From assembly GCA_036172245.1 (NCBI GenBank), contig JAYWIR010000021.1, positions 2,108,001 to 2,172,000 on the forward strand: DNA of 64,000 nucleotides. The letters are read 5' to 3'. This DNA comes from Raillietiella orientalis. Its lineage: Eukaryota. The notes under the pieces were generated by a model. It was not told the DNA's origin. It made no database searches and worked only from the letters and a program-made list of their open reading frames with translations. A program made the translations under genes and the position numbers. Positions 61,601 to 64,000 of the stretch are shown here, piece by piece. The first letter of the stretch is position 1; each line of letters opens with the position of its first letter.

Positions 61601-64000
61601 GGAGTTCCTTTGAGCGAAGTTCCAGGGGAGGGATCTCAAGGAAATTCTCGGGACAGCTTGACAAATTGGTCTTCAGCGCTCCGTCTCTCTTCCCCTCCTC
61701 CTCCTCCCCCCTGTTTCCAGGTTGGCATGGGAACGTCACCAACTAGATCGGGTTCGCTTCTGGATCGCGCTCCCCCTTCACCGGCTTCCTTCCTCCAGGC
61801 TGACAGTTCCATCCAGCGGAAATCACCGGCTGATGATCCGTCCCGCTCGTGATTGTTCCGTGACGTCACTTTCCGGACTCTTCGCGAAACCTTCCGGGCG
61901 ATCGCGTGGAGGGCCGTGAGCCTGTCGGGAGGAGAAGCAGAGGAGGAGGAGGAGAGCGTGCGAGAGCTCTCGTTCCCACTGGCGCGCATAGCAACCGACG
62001 GGGAAGAAGAGGTGGCAGTTTCCCTCCACCCCGTTCCAGCGAAGTATGCTGAACCTGCTCCCCTTCACGAGCAAACGCGTCGGCCATCATCCCGTTACTC
62101 CCCTGTTAGAACCATCAGGGAGTCTCCCCTCTGCGTTCTCAGCCACTCTCAGCTCCCTCCCCCCCCCCCCCCTTCGAAGCATTTCACGTCGAACCATCCG
62201 CCTCTCGTACTCTGTTGACATGTTGGTAGCTAGCTGTAAGCAGGATGCTCTGATGGGGGGAGGGGAGAGGGAGGGAGAGAAGAGCAACGCGCGCAAAAAC
62301 TGTTGACTTTGCTATCGCGCCCGAACGCCATGGCAACGCCTTCGGATGCGGAAAACAAGAGGCCCTCGTAAGGAGCAGCGCTCGCGGATTGATAGCGCAG
62401 AAGTCGACAACTCGGTTCTTCAGCCTCGCCGAAGAGCACTTTCACGCAGTTCGGGACGGTCTGTTTTGCATACCTTGTGTACAGGTCGACTGCAGCAGCA
62501 GCACCGGCGCACGCTCGCAAGAGACACGCGGTCAAAAAAACACAAAAAAAAAAACACTGCCTGCGGTTGCTCATGCGGCACGTACCAGCCGACGCGGCTT
62601 CTTTTCTGCTCCCTCTCCCCTCTTTTCTGCTCCCCCTCCCCCCGCGGCTGATTGCGAGCATCGCAAACACTGTTACGCGCGCGGTGGCCAATCACGGAGG
62701 GCCAGTCCACGCATTGTTGCGGCGCGTCGCTCCGACGGCACCCGTTGCCCCGGCAGCCCCGCGCGCGCCGGGCCGGGGAACGTGACGCAAGAATGATCCG
62801 CACCGGAAGCGTCTTCGCGGGGCGGCAGGCGTCTTGCTCGCGAGGAAGATGCTGGCTGATGCGGAGGAGAGCCGCACCTCCCTCCCTCCGAGACTTCCCG
62901 AGCAAAGCGTAGTCGTCGCTGCGGACCGAAGCAACGGTGGAAGAAGCAACCCGACACTTCAAACAAAACATACAAGGACGAAGGTGTACTCCTTCTCACA
63001 AGCTATATATCGCTGCCCGAGTGCAAGCCTACGACGCGATAACAGCAACGGCCGGAGCAGTGTTCGCAAGAGCTCTCCGGCACCGTGTTCTCGCCCTAAA
63101 TTGCACCTTGGAGCAAAGAGAAACGCTCCGTGAGTATCTCTGACTTTGAAAATCGGTTAACGGCTTCCAAGCATTTCGCTGGGATGCTTAATGCACTTGC
63201 GATTGTTTGTCAAACTCTGTCTCCATCTCGAACCTTTCATCTTCTTCCCGGAGCACTGCGTTTTTCTTCCTCTTCAAATGTCACCTTTTTCCCCTCGAGT
63301 CATCAACCCCATCATCCGCACGATCATAAAATCCGCGAGCGTCGAGGCAGAGGAAGTTCTTGCCGAAGAAAAGGAAGGAAAGGAGCGGAAAGCGAAATGA
63401 GCGTGGCGGATGATGTCCTGGAGGACAGAAGAAACGTTGTCGGATGCTGGCGGGAACTTTCGCGGGTAAAAGTGGCTCCAACTTTGCAGGAGAGGTTGCA
63501 CACACCATCACCGTGTTTTTCACCATCTTTCGAAAATTACGTCGCTTGCAGATGCTCGGGACGTCAGGCTCGCGCTGCAATTTGTGTGGAAATAACGTTC
63601 CACGCCGCCTTCCTCAGAGGCGAGGCTCTCTCCTCCGTCCGCTCGGCTCCACGATGATGGATGGCGTTTTGGATGGAACGAAACCATAAACTCGTGCAGA
63701 ATTATAAATTACGGCGAGCCGTCTCCGCTCGAAATCCAAGGTGGAAGTCTTTCGGGAAATTCCTTCGTGCGGATGTGGCAAAATGTGGCACTCGCTGTGG
63801 TGTTCGCGAGCTTCCGTTGTGGTTCTGTAACGTCCTCGGTTCGCGCGCGCGGACCACCGAAAGTGCTGCCCCCCTTCCGAAAGCAGCGGAATGAGCCAAA
63901 CGTAAGGGCGAAGGGAAAGGACGCACGGGGTTTTCCTTTTTTTTTTGTCAAAGAAAGGAAACACGTGAACATCGTGTCCCCGTTCACCAGCGCTCGGGAC

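Noticed and set aside
1..64000. CRISPR array, prokaryotic operon or defence system
   Set aside because: The sequence is intron-containing animal DNA, and no repeat-spacer array or bacterial-type gene was seen.

Overview
This is eukaryotic animal genomic DNA, probably a non-dipteran arthropod (inferred from protein features and intron style). I could assemble five spliced genes by hand with GT-AG introns. (1) Most of a Mad/Mxi1-family bHLH-ZIP repressor (+, <1-1964, start outside the window). (2) A DALRD3-like DALR-domain gene (-, 2249-3332, 5' end unresolved). (3) A complete DDX46/Prp5 DEAD-box helicase (-, 23211-30737, about 1013 aa). (4) A small single-PDZ protein with a Gly/Cys-rich N-terminus (-, 32846-33771, about 250 aa). 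(5) A complete NCoR/SMRT(ER) corepressor (-, 37636-43702, about 1791 aa). Most introns are only 41-55 nt. Housekeeping gene bodies are AT-rich and CpG-poor, while the long gaps (about 4.3-23 kb and 44-64 kb) are very CpG-rich and full of homopolymer runs and microsatellites. Almost all long ORFs in those gaps are compositional noise. I found no CRISPR array, rRNA, tRNA or intact transposon, and no clearly new multi-gene system. The best leads are a duplicated exon+intron cassette and a pre-miRNA-like hairpin in DDX46 intron 1, a Cys-rich module between the NCoR SANT domains, the putatively lipid-anchored PDZ protein, a frame break in DALRD3, and a decayed repeat present twice in inverted, permuted form.
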